DNA of 64,000 bases from the human T2T-CHM13v2.0 reference genome, Homo sapiens, in assembly GCF_009914755.1 (NCBI RefSeq), contig NC_060934.1; one strand, 5' to 3'. Shown here in pieces: positions 1 through 24,160 of this stretch (its first letter is position 1; the number at the start of each line of letters is the position of its first letter). The notes beneath the pieces were generated by a model. It saw only the letters and a list, made by a program, of their open reading frames with translations. It did no database searches and had not been told where the DNA came from. The translations under genes and the position numbers were made by a program.

Positions 1-43
1 GCACACTAGCCTGTGCAACAGAGCCAGAGCCAGACTCCGTCTC

Positions 44-74
<31 letters not shown>
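1..74 (+). mobile_element. Alu 3' end with long poly(A), intronic
   Basis: ...gactccgtctc followed by a ~30-nt A run. Confidence 0.9.
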
Positions 75-77
<3 letters not shown>

Positions 78-172
78 TGGACTCCTAAGTTCTCTGCTCA
101 TAGGAAGGAGGTTTTTCATGGTCCTGACTTGCCCTAATACTCCTTACTCTTTCTTTTTCTTGGGTATTCCAG

Positions 173-288
173 CTCGAGCAGCACCTAAAATAGCCAATGG
201 TAAAGCAGCCAGTAGCAGCAGTAGCAGCAGCAGCAGCAGTAGCAGTGATGACTCAGAGGAGGAGAAGGCAGCAGCCACCCCCAAGAAG
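173..288 (+). CDS. NOLC1: NOLC1 internal coding exon (ARAAPKIANGK...poly-Ser...ATPKK)
   Basis: Polypyrimidine tract then AG at 171-172, GT at 289-290; phase 1 to 0; translation matches the Nopp140 acidic/basic repeat region. Confidence 0.95.
211..246 (+). repeat. Coding (AGY)12 trinucleotide repeat, poly-serine
   Basis: agt agc agc agt agc agc agc agc agc agt agc agt. Confidence 0.95.
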
Positions 289-318
289 GTCTGGACCATA
301 ACTTCTGTCAGGGCAGAG
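289..318 (+). CDS. NOLC1: Alternative 5' splice-site extension of the NOLC1 exon (adds VWTITSVRAE)
   Basis: Second donor GAG|GTGACC at 318/319, exactly 30 nt downstream and in frame with no stop; matches a longer NOLC1 isoform as I recall it. Confidence 0.8.
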
Positions 319-412
319 GTGACCAGGGTGTGATGTGTGTGTGTCTTCCTTCCCTGGCAGGATTGGTTGGGTCAGCATTTTCCTGTGGTAATCAATTTTC
401 TTTCTAATGCAG

Positions 413-548
413 ACTGTACCTAAAAAGCAAGTTGTGGCCAAGGCCCCAGTGAAAGCAGCTACCACCCCTACCCGGAAGAGTTCTAGCAGTGAGGATTCCT
501 CCAGTGACGAGGAAGAGGAGCAAAAAAAACCCATGAAAAATAAACCAG
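413..548 (+). CDS. NOLC1: NOLC1 coding exon (TVPKKQVVAK...KNKPG)
   Basis: AG 411-412, GT 549-550; 136 nt, phase 0 to 1. Confidence 0.95.
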
Positions 549-875
549 GTGACTGGACATGGGGAGCGAAGCTGTGTGACTGTGGTCAGGGCCCAGCTGC
601 AGTAACCACATGGACCTCTCCATAGAGGTGCATGAGCGTCCTCATGACATGACAGCTAGCTTCTCCGAGCACTAGTGATCCAGGAAAGCAAGGAGAAATC
701 TCCAGTGCCTTGTGTAACCTAGACTCAGAGGTGACACCATGTTCTGTTAGAACTGAGTCATTGATTCTGGCCCATACTCAAGTGAAGGGGAATTAAGCTT
801 CATTTCTACAAGAAAGTAGTATCAAAAAAAGTTGTAGACATATCCTAAAACCATCACACTATCCTTTTTAAACAG

Positions 876-1004
876 GTCCCTACAGTTCAGTCCCCCCGCC
901 TTCTGCTCCCCCACCAAAGAAGTCTCTGGGAACCCAGCCTCCCAAGAAGGCTGTGGAGAAGCAGCAGCCTGTGGAAAGCAGTGAAGACAGCAGTGATGAG
1001 TCTG
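876..1004 (+). CDS. NOLC1: NOLC1 coding exon (GPYSSVPPPSAPPPKK...SSDES)
   Basis: AG 874-875, GTGAGT at 1005; 129 nt, phase 1-1; missed by the ORF track. Confidence 0.95.
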
Positions 1005-1212
1005 GTGAGTCAGAGGGATGCAGCCTCCCCTCAGCGTGGGTCTGGAGGAGGGGATGAGGAATAAGGGAGAGAGAAAGCCTTCCATCCTTCGGTTGCTTTT
1101 TGCTTAAAGCAAGACAGAGCTAAGGCTCTGTGCGTGTCTTTGCATTCTTTTTATTGCTGTCCTGGTTGGGTTGGGACTCTGGACCCAGCATAATGCTACA
1201 GGTTCTCCTCAG

Positions 1213-1323
1213 ATTCAAGTTCTGAAGAAGAGAAGAAACCCCCAACTAAGGCAGTAGTCTCTAAAGCAACCACTAAACCACCTCCAGCAAAGAAAGCAGC
1301 AGAGAGCTCTTCAGACAGCTCAG
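1213..1323 (+). CDS. NOLC1: NOLC1 coding exon (DSSSEEEKKPPTK...SSDSS)
   Basis: AG 1211-1212, GTAAGG at 1324; 111 nt, phase 1-1. Confidence 0.95.
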
Positions 1324-1431
1324 GTAAGGCATATGGAGGCCCTCAGTTCAGTGAGATGCTCTCAGGCAGCTGCTAAGGGCTCCCCTGAATCCAATTTGGG
1401 GAGCTGTTGATTCCATCCCTTCTGTGTCTAG

Positions 1432-2073
1432 ACTCTGACAGCTCTGAGGATGATGAAGCTCCTTCTAAGCCAGCTGGTACCACCAAGAATTCTTCAAATA
1501 AGCCAGCTGTCACCACCAAGTCACCTGCAGTGAAGCCAGCTGCAGCCCCCAAGCAACCTGTGGGCGGTGGCCAGAAGCTTCTGACGAGAAAGGCTGACAG
1601 CAGCTCCAGTGAGGAAGAGAGCAGCTCCAGTGAGGAGGAGAAGACAAAGAAGATGGTGGCCACCACTAAGCCCAAGGCGACTGCCAAAGCAGCTCTATCT
1701 CTGCCTGCCAAGCAGGCTCCTCAGGGTAGTAGGGACAGCAGCTCTGATTCAGACAGCTCCAGCAGTGAGGAGGAGGAAGAGAAGACATCTAAGTCTGCAG
1801 TTAAGAAGAAGCCACAGAAGGTAGCAGGAGGTGCAGCCCCTTCCAAGCCAGCCTCTGCAAAGAAAGGAAAGGCTGAGAGCAGCAACAGTTCTTCTTCTGA
1901 TGACTCCAGTGAGGAAGAGGAAGAGAAGCTCAAGGGCAAGGGCTCTCCAAGACCACAAGCCCCCAAGGCCAATGGCACCTCTGCACTGACTGCCCAGAAT
2001 GGAAAAGCAGCTAAGAACAGTGAGGAGGAGGAAGAAGAAAAGAAAAAGGCGGCAGTGGTAGTTTCCAAATCAG
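1432..2073 (+). CDS. NOLC1: NOLC1 large coding exon (alternating S/E/D and K/A/P blocks)
   Basis: AG 1430-1431, GT at 2074; 642 nt, phase 1-1; core of ORF 1407..2276. Confidence 0.96.
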
Positions 2074-2218
2074 GTCTGTACCCAATGAACATGCCCTCTG
2101 GGTTTTGTCCCCCCAAATCAGGATGGGATATACTCTTTGAGAGTAGGGTAGTGAGAGGAGGCCCACCACTGGGCTTCCAGTTGTGGAAACTGGGAGGAAG
2201 AACAGGAAACTGGTTACC

Positions 2219-2512
2219 TTTTTTTTTTTTTATTAGAGTCTCACTGTGTCACCCAGACCAGGGTGCAATGGCATGATCACGGCTTGTGCAGCCTTAACCT
2301 CATGGACTCAGGTGATCTTTCCACCCCAGCCTCCTGAGTAGCCGGGACTACAAGCATGCACCACCATGTCTGGCTCATTTTTTTAACTTTTTATAGAGAC
2401 AGAATCTCACTATATTGCCCAGGCTGATCTGAATTTCCTGGGCTCAAGCGATCCTCCTACCTTGGACTCCCAAAATGCTGGGGTTACAGTTGTGAGCCAC
2501 TGTACTCGGCCT
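2219..2512 (-). mobile_element. Old (AluJ-like) Alu in NOLC1 intron
   Basis: Poly-T followed by diverged antisense Alu dimer. Confidence 0.9.
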
Positions 2513-2535
2513 GAGTCTGGCTTTTTGTTTTGTAG

Positions 2536-2642
2536 GTTCATTAAAGAAGCGGAAGCAGAATGAGGCTGCCAAGGAGGCAGAGACTCCTCAGGCCAAGAAG
2601 ATAAAGCTTCAGACCCCTAACACATTTCCAAAAAGGAAGAAA
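2536..2642 (+). CDS. NOLC1: NOLC1 coding exon (GSLKKRKQNE...FPKRKK; basic NLS-like clusters)
   Basis: AG 2534-2535, GTAAGT at 2643; 107 nt, phase 1 to 0. Confidence 0.95.
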
Positions 2643-2812
2643 GTAAGTTGTCTCACTTTCTTCTCAGGAGCCAGCTCTTTAAAAGTAGAAAAATCTAGGA
2701 TCATCTTGACAGCTCTGCCTGGCGTGACCTGGTACATGTGCCCATGTGTATCACTCAGGAGAACTGTTACATGACCACTCTGTCTTTAATTTCCTACTTC
2801 ATTCTTCTGTAG

Positions 2813-2905
2813 GGAGAAAAAAGGGCATCATCCCCATTCCGAAGGGTCAGGGAGGAGGAAATTGAGGTGGATTCACGAGTTGCGGACAACTCCTTTGATG
2901 CCAAG
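2813..2905 (+). CDS. NOLC1: NOLC1 coding exon (GEKRASSPFRRV...FDAK; start of SRP40 C-terminal domain)
   Basis: AG 2811-2812, GTGAG at 2906; 93 nt, phase 0-0. Confidence 0.95.
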
Positions 2906-3090
2906 GTGAGAGAGAGATCTGTGCCATTCTTGGGAGGGAGGATGGGTAGTGTCAGAGAGGACAATTCTTGGTTCAGGTTGGTGGGAATCTTCTCTGGGTT
3001 CAGGTTTCCTTGAGCAGGGAGTAGAAAGAATAAAGTGACAGGGCTCCAGCATGGTCCTCCTCTGTGTTAATCTCCCTCTCTACTTACCAG

Positions 3091-3249
3091 CGAGGTGCAG
3101 CCGGAGACTGGGGAGAGCGAGCCAATCAGGTTTTGAAGTTCACCAAAGGCAAGTCCTTTCGGCATGAGAAAACCAAGAAGAAGCGGGGCAGCTACCGGGG
3201 AGGCTCAATCTCTGTCCAGGTCAATTCTATTAAGTTTGACAGCGAGTGA
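3091..3249 (+). CDS. NOLC1: NOLC1 terminal coding exon (SRP40 C-terminal domain, ends KFDSE*)
   Basis: AG 3089-3090; [32 protein letters not shown] is the Nopp140/Srp40 signature; TGA at 3247-3249. Confidence 0.97.
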
Positions 3250-3560
3250 CCTGAGGCCATCTTCGGTGAAGCAAGGGTGATGATCGGAGACTACTTACTT
3301 TCTCCAGTGGACCTGGGAACCCTCAGGTCTCTAGGTGAGGGTCTTGATGAGGACAGAAGTTTAGAGTAGGTCCTAAGACTTTACAGTGTAACATCCTCTC
3401 TGGTCCTTTTCTGTGTTCCTAGTTTTGTACAGACTTGTTTTTGAGTGTTGAGTAGCAGGGACAAAATAAGGGAATGTTATTTTTTAAGAAAATTCATTTT
3501 CATTGTTGTCTCCTTCCTTTTCTGTGAAAGTCCTCATACTGAGAAATTTGTATATTTTAT

Positions 3561-3566
3561 ATTAAA
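3561..3566 (+). terminator. Candidate proximal polyadenylation signal ATTAAA
   Basis: ATTAAA with TGTA ~12 nt upstream and tttttgttgtgatttt downstream. Confidence 0.45.
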
Positions 3567-4825
3567 TCACTTACTATTGATTTTTGTTGTGATTTTCAAA
3601 GGTGGATTCCCACAGATAAAATCTTGGCTATTGCCCAAAACATAGTAAAGGGTCACGTGTGACTTTTTATAATAGGAAGAAAATTCTGCCTTTGTGAGTG
3701 CACATGTCCACATTTCATCCCTCCTTCCCTCAAAACCCTAGAGAGGGGCATTAAAGAATTGTTGATGTATATGCAATGTCTGTTAAGCATGCACTATGTA
3801 TTTCATCCTCATTTATTGGGTCTGGGACTGAAGTTTTTAGCCAGCATGGACCTAACCTACTTTTTGGGATAAAATTCTCTGTTTTGTTACAGGCAAAATT
3901 CTGGTATGGCGTGAATGCCATGGGTCATTCTGAATATATTTTTTTCTGTAATTTTATCATTACACGATGTTTGCAATACGTGCTTTGTTTTTTAATTTGA
4001 AAGCAAACTTTTCTACTGTTGAAAGACATTTTTTGACAACTTGACCCTTCCTAGTATTGAGTTCTAAGTTGAGGACTGCATCTTCTCGTTTTTTACAGTA
4101 TAGAGAACAAAATGACATGAGTTTGAAAAATACATATCACTTGGTATTGCTGTCTTGGTTGCAGTGGTGATACAGAATTGGTTTCATTAATTCCTACATG
4201 GTTGAGAATCACTGATCAAGAAAGTGGGGGGAAAAAAAACAAACGTTAAAACCTCAATCCTCAGTAGGAAGGTAGATTACATTAGGTGAAATTATAGGTA
4301 ATCTATGTATGTGCTAATGGGGTTGGAAAGAACCTTACAGAGCATATTACCTGATAAACTGGAGTGGGTTTGGGAGAACAAACTAATAGGATTATTGTGT
4401 CTCCTAGTTGGTACCTGGGAGCAATTGACATGCCCCCTTCAGAACCTTAACTGTTAGTAGCAGTGGCTGTAACAACACAAACCAGTGACCAGAGATAACA
4501 GCTTTTAGGCCAAGCTGGCCTGACGGTATGGCTGCAGGAAGTGACTGAGCAGTAGCGGTACTCAGCCAGACCAAGACGGAGAGGGAAGAGTCCACAGCTT
4601 TCTGGAAGCTAAGGCATTCTGGTGGTAGAAAAGTGTGCCCCAAGCCTTCATGGACGAGTTATAGGTCTTAAGATTAGTCTCCTCTTGTTTGGATTCCATA
4701 CTTGCTAAATAACCTGATAATAACCTGGTTTTCCATGTAACTGCCTCTAGGAAGAAAATGTACTGTTCATGCTGACACAGATATTTCAGTCTGCATGGTA
4801 AAAGTTCTAAATCTTACTACAAAAT

Positions 4826-4831
4826 AATAAA
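4826..4831 (+). terminator. Distal polyadenylation signal AATAAA
   Basis: AATAAA followed by GT/T-rich downstream sequence (tgtgtcttgg...ttttattattgtg); upstream TGTA motifs. Confidence 0.8.
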
Positions 4832-5032
4832 CTGGCTGGTTTATAATGTGTCTTGGGAGTTTTATTATTGTGAGTCTAAACCCCTCCCACCCCCTACTCA
4901 AACCAGAACAACTTTGGTGCCAGTTATAGGACTGGGGTCCAGACCTGTGATTTCACTGCAGAGGCTTTTTGGCAGCAGCTTGTCTCACGGTGCCTTTTCC
5001 AGGCTATATTCTAGCCTACGCATAGTCCAAAT

Positions 5033-5228
5033 TGGGGGTTGGCAAAATGGCCTATGGGTCAAATCCAGCCCATGGTTTGTTTTTGTATTACCTAGGAGCT
5101 AAGAATGGTTTTTACATTTGTAAAGGTCTTTTAAAAAGAGAATGTGTGACAGAGATCTTATCAATGGCCCACAAAGCCTAAGATATTTAGGATGCGGCCC
5201 TTTACAGAAGAAGTTTGCCAATCCCTGG
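5033..5228. mobile_element. MER58-like hAT MITE
   Basis: Terminal inverted repeats ggggttggcaaa ... tttgccaatccctg and ggcccacaaagcctaa motif. Confidence 0.7.
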
Positions 5229-5300
5229 TCTAAATCAGCGATTCCTAAGACATCAGCTGAAAATTAGAATCATCTGAGGAACTTAGAAGCACGGATACTC

Positions 5301-6036
5301 GCAAATCAAAACCACAATGAGATACCATCTCACACCAGTTAGAATGGCGATCATTAAAAAGTCAGGAAAGAACAGGTGCTGGAGAGGATGTGGAGAAATA
5401 GGAACACTTTTATACTGTTGGTTGGACTGTAAACTAGTTCAACCATTGTGGTAGACAGTGTGGCGATTCCTCAGGGATCTAGAACTAGAAATACCATTTG
5501 ACCCAGCAATCCCATTGCTGAGTATATACCCAAAGGATTATAAATCATGCTGCTATAAAGACACATGCACACGTATGTTTATTGTGGCACTATTCACAAT
5601 AGCAAAGACTTGGAACCAACCCAAATGTCCATCAATGATAGACTGGATTAAGAAAATGTGGCACATACACCCCATGGAATACTACAGCCATAAAAAAGGA
5701 TGAGTTCGTGTCCTTTGTAGGGACATGGATGAAGCTGGAAACCATCATTCTCAGCAAACTATCACAAAGACAGAAAACCAAACACCGCATATTCTCACTC
5801 ATAGGTGGGAATTGAACAATGAGAACACTTGCACACAGGGTGGGGAACATCACACACCAGGGCCTAATGTGGGGTGGGGGGAGGGAAGGGATAGCATTAG
5901 GAGATAGATATACCTAATGTAAATGACAGTTAATGGGTGCAGCAAACCAACATGGCACATGTATACATATGTAACAAACCTGCACATTGTGCACATGTAC
6001 CCTAGAACTTACCCTAGTATAATATAAAAAATAAAA
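5301..6036 (+). mobile_element. 5'-truncated L1PA (ORF2 end + 3' UTR) inserted in a MER5-like element
   Basis: ORF 5458..5703 is the L1 ORF2 C-terminus; 16-bp TSD agaa(g/a)cacggatactc at 5285-5300 and 6037-6052; MER5-like halves at ~5235-5300 and ~6053-6170. Confidence 0.92.
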
Positions 6037-6274
6037 AGAAACACGGATACTCAGGGGCCCATCCTGAGATCTATTGAGTCAGACCCTGGTGCTGTCTGGT
6101 GAGGCCCGGGCACTAGGGTATTTTTAAAGCTCCCAGATGATTCTAATGAACAGGTAGAGTTGAAAACCGCTTATCTAAAGAGTATTTGAAAAGAAGTGAA
6201 TTGGTATTTCCCACCTTCATGCTTCCATTTTCAAATATACTTGTTAAAAATAATAGTATAAAATGAAAATTTCA

Positions 6275-6702
<428 letters not shown>

Positions 6703-7119
6703 TCAAGTGCAATGTTTTGCAACTTTCAGAGCTCAATTCATAGCAGAACACAGCAGCTCATTTTTAATGGCTATATGGTACTCTGTTTTAAGTTATTTAA
6801 ATTAGTACTTTAGGGGCAGAAGTTTAAGTATTTTGCTATTACAAATAGTGTTACACTGGGTAGTCTTATACATGAGACTGAGTATCTGTGTGTTTTTATG
6901 TAGGAAATATTCCTAAAAATGATGGCTGGTTCAAAGGATATTTGCATTTATTAATAACATTTTGATCATTATTGCCCTCCAAAATCGTTCTACTAATCGT
7001 ATAGTTCCAGCAACATTTTATCAAAGTGCCTCTTTGCCCTCTTGCCAACACTATTTACCAAATTGATCTTTGCTACTTGGATAAATGAAAATGCTCTCTC
7101 ATTTTTGTTTGTTTTTGTT

Positions 7120-7490
7120 TTATAGTGGTAAAACACGACATTAAATTTACCACTAACCATTTTTAATTGTATGGTTTAGTAGTGTTAAGTATATTCCACT
7201 GTGTAACAGATACCTAGGACGTTTTCATCTTGTAAAATTGAAACTATATTCATTAAACACTAATATCCCCTCCTCCCCAGCCCTTGGCAACCATCTTTCT
7301 ACTTTGTTTTTATGATTTTGGCTACTTTAGATATAACCTCATGAGTGGAACAGTAATGATATTATCTTTTTGTAGCTGGCTTATTTTACTTAGCCAAGCC
7401 AATGTCCTCAAGGTTCATCCATGTTATAGCAGGTGACAGGATTCCCTTCCTTTTTAAGACTGCATGATATTCCATTGTACGTCTATACCA
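7120..7490 (-). mobile_element. Old L1M (L1MB-like) 3' end fragment
   Basis: Typical antisense L1M 3'UTR motifs (ttttcatcttgtaaaattgaaact, aaggttcatccatgtt). Confidence 0.7.
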
Positions 7491-7493
7491 CTT

Positions 7494-8884
<1,391 letters not shown>

Positions 8885-9414
8885 GAGAATACTATCTCAA
8901 CTCATTTGTAGATTCTTGACTCTCTCAGAGGCTTGTTGTAAGGACTGAGAATTTAAAGCACTTAGTACAGTCCCTGGCATATTATAAGCACTCCATAACT
9001 GCCTCTTGCTCAACAAAAAAAGCTTTGGAAATGATGTTCTTTGGTTTCCTTGTGATGTGCAACATGCCATTTTGGCAAAGGCATCAAGCATATGTTAATG
9101 ATTATTTCCCTGCAATGGTTTTTTGTTGTTTCACGTTTATCATCTTTATTCCTGATACAAAAATGGATATGTGGAATTGGTCCTATTAGAAACTTCTTAG
9201 TTTTGTGAAGAATCTGGAATTCCTACCCCTTGCTGATGGGCTCTGGCACTGAAATCCGCAAATTCAGTCAACCAGACACATGGCTCATGCCCCTCTGCAT
9301 CATGCTTCATGGACACAGGCAGGAGACTTCCTAATGCCCTGTTGGGGGCTTGCCCTTCGCCCGGTGTAGCCTTACTGCAACCCTGTTAGGTGGGTATCGA
9401 GTAGATCATTCCAT

Positions 9415-9594
9415 TTGGGGCCAGGTAAGTCTTTGCTTTTGAGGACTGTCCTGTGTGTTGTAGGATGTGTGGCAGCGTCCCTGGCCTCTAACACTGCATG
9501 CCAATAGTTTCCCCTAGTTGTGACAACCAAAAACGGCTCCAGGCATTGCCAAATATTTTCTGGGAAGGAAAATTGCCCCTAGTTGAAAACCACT
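9415..9594. mobile_element. MER20-like hAT MITE
   Basis: ctgtcctgtgtgttgtaggatg...gtgacaaccaaaaa...ggcattgccaaat...gttgaaaaccact. Confidence 0.75.
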
Positions 9595-9883
9595 ACGGAA
9601 ACAGCCCTGAGTATCAAATGATTTACTTAGGGTTGATGAAACTGCAACTTAGTGGCACATTGAGACAAGAACACAGGTCTCTGTATGTCCAAACATGGAG
9701 CTACCTGTATTCAATAGTCTTTGTGAACCTGCTATGTACTCGTCATAGAACTCCCAGAGAGCTCAGTGTCTAATGGGGAAAGTCAGGCATGGGAATGGTT
9801 TCTGTGCACTGAGCTGAGTTCTGTCCCAAACTGAAGGTCAGAGTAGCACCCCTAAGGGTACAAGCAAGAAAATACTTGGCTTG

Positions 9884-10325
<442 letters not shown>

Positions 10326-10555
10326 TCAAGCAGAGGTGTGCGGGAGGTGGGGGCAAGATACTGCGAAATTTCACTGAGAGTTCAATGTCAATGGCCTTTT
10401 GTACCTAAGTTAGGAATTAGTACTTTATTTTGTCCACCTGAGTATGTTAGGAGATTTGATAGTCTAATACAATACTCCTGGCACTAATCCGGTTGCGGTG
10501 AAAGCACTATTTCTGCCGGACCACGAAGTTCTCAAATCCCTCCTGCAGAGCCTGT

Positions 10556-10588
10556 CTGCAGTTACCGATGGGGCCAGTAGGTGGCGAT
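10556..10588 (+). promoter_or_regulatory. CTCF binding site (core + upstream module)
   Basis: CCAGTAGGTGGCG at 10574-10586 fits CCASYAGRKGGCR; CTGCAGTTACC at 10556-10566 fits the ZF9-11 upstream motif. Confidence 0.75.
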
Positions 10589-10676
10589 GTTGCCCCCCTG
10601 TTTAGGGAGCTGGGCTGGACTTAAATAGAAGCTTAACTCCTTACTTACTCCAGTGCTATTCAACAAACTTGAAGAG

Positions 10677-11370
<694 letters not shown>

Positions 11371-11779
11371 GAGAAGGGAGGTTTTCTGGTCTCTGGTCTG
11401 TACTGGTTATCCATGAGAGGTTACCTGATACCTGAAAGCCAGTGGCAGGCAACATGGCTTGTAGAAGATTAATGTTCCCCGTGGAACCCCAACCCTACCT
11501 CCAGGTCCTGGCAGGGCCTTCGGGCTCCTGCAAGGGTGACCGGCTGCAGATCCCACTGCTGATGGAAATTGCGGGCCTGTGTTCTTCCTAGGTCTGGGAG
11601 CTCAGAGGCTTTGATGCCTTCTCCTCTCTCCTCTCTCTTCCCTCCTCTCCCAGCATAATCTCAAGGAGCTCAGGATTGAGGAGAACAAATGCCAGGCTTC
11701 CGCCTTGGAAGTGGATACTTCCAAGTGGCAGAGGAAGTACAGAGTATTTCAAGAAATTAGCCTGCCAAACAGAAATTTA

Positions 11780-14393
<2,614 letters not shown>

Positions 14394-14415
14394 AGTGAAT
14401 GTGTATGCGTGTGTG

Positions 14416-15868
<1,453 letters not shown>

Positions 15869-15869
15869 C

Positions 15870-19047
<3,178 letters not shown>

Positions 19048-19548
19048 TGAGAGGAGAAACGTAGAAGGAGAAAAGTAGAGAGATGGAAAAAAGAGGGCTC
19101 TGAGGAATACAAAACCTGCAAGACAAAAGGGAAAAGAGTGGCTGTGGGGGCCGTGGACCCTGAGAAGGTGTTTCCAGGTTCTCCACAGAGGGACCCCAGA
19201 CCTTGCATCTGCAAGCCCACTTGAGCTCCAGGCTTCTGGAGAGGTCTCCAGAGAGCGGGACTAGAAAGGCAGCCCCAGGAGTGATGATGGTGAGCCTGCC
19301 CGGGCCAGAGCAACTCCAGGACAAAAAGCAAAGGGGCCTGGGAAGTTGGAGAAAGTTTCTTTTCATTTTCTCTTTTTCATTTGAGAAAGGCAGCAGAGAG
19401 CAGTGGAAAGGACCAAAGGGCCCCGTGTCTGAATTGTAGCACTAGTAGTTGTGTGATACTGGGTTATGATACTCCATTAAATTTTTTTTTTTTACTCTCC
19501 TCTAATTTCTTTTACCAGACTCCATTAATTTTTATCTCAGCTTCATTA

Positions 19549-20665
<1,117 letters not shown>

Positions 20666-21320
20666 CAGCTTGCATGTAAATAGTAACAATAGCCAAGCTT
20701 TATTATATGCTTACAATAAGCCAGGCCCTGTAAACCTTGAAAATACAACTCATTTGGCCAGGCGCGGTGGCTCATGCCTGTAATCCCAGCACTTTGGGAG
20801 GCCAAGGCGGGCGGATCACGAGGCCAGGAGATAGAGAACATCTTGGCCAACATGGTGAAACCTCATCTCTACCAAAAATACTAAAAAAAATTAGCTGGGC
20901 ATGGTGGCATGCACCTGTAGTCCCAGCTACCTGGGAGGCTGAGGCAGGAGAATCGCTTGAACCTGGGAGGCAGAGGTTGCTGTGAGCACCACTACTCCAG
21001 CCTGGCGACACAGCGTGACTGCATCTAAAAAATATATATATATATATATGCACATACATATATATATATGTCTTATTTACTCCTTACAACAGCCCTCGAA
21101 GGTATTATCCACATTTTACAGGTGAGGAAAATAAGGCAGACGGGTTATGTTACTTGCCCATATTCACACAGGGAAACGTAGAGCTGAGACTTGAATCCAG
21201 GCAATTGGACTCAGAATCCATGTCCTTACCACTATATTACCATTGCCAAGAGATATAACATTACAGAATTGTTTTATTGGTTATAGATAATTAATGCAAA
21301 GTACCTGGAACTGAGTAAGT

Positions 21321-21764
<444 letters not shown>

Positions 21765-21844
21765 TAATCCACCTGCCTCGGCCTCCCAAAGTACTGGGAT
21801 TACAGGCGTGAGCCACTCCACCTGCTCCTGCCTCTTTTCTTCTT

Positions 21845-22915
<1,071 letters not shown>

Positions 22916-23014
22916 ATTACAGGCATGAGCCACTGCACTCGGCCGCTTTTTGAGAAACTTTTACTATAATGGATTATAAAAATAACCACTTTAAGGACAG
23001 TATCAATAATTTAA

Positions 23015-24160
<1,146 letters not shown>

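Larger units (their letters stand above)
3250..4850 (+). other. NOLC1: NOLC1 3' UTR (end approximate)
   Basis: Repeat-free AT-rich sequence from the stop codon to ~20 nt past AATAAA; transposons begin shortly after. Confidence 0.8.

Noticed and set aside
253-2116. Minus-strand Ser/Leu/Phe-rich ORFs over NOLC1 exons
   Set aside because: Antisense shadows of low-complexity coding sequence.
549-3090. Possible intronic snoRNAs, since nucleolar-protein genes often host them
   Set aside because: I found no convincing C/D box pair with terminal stem or H/ACA architecture by eye; a covariance-model scan would be needed to exclude them fully.
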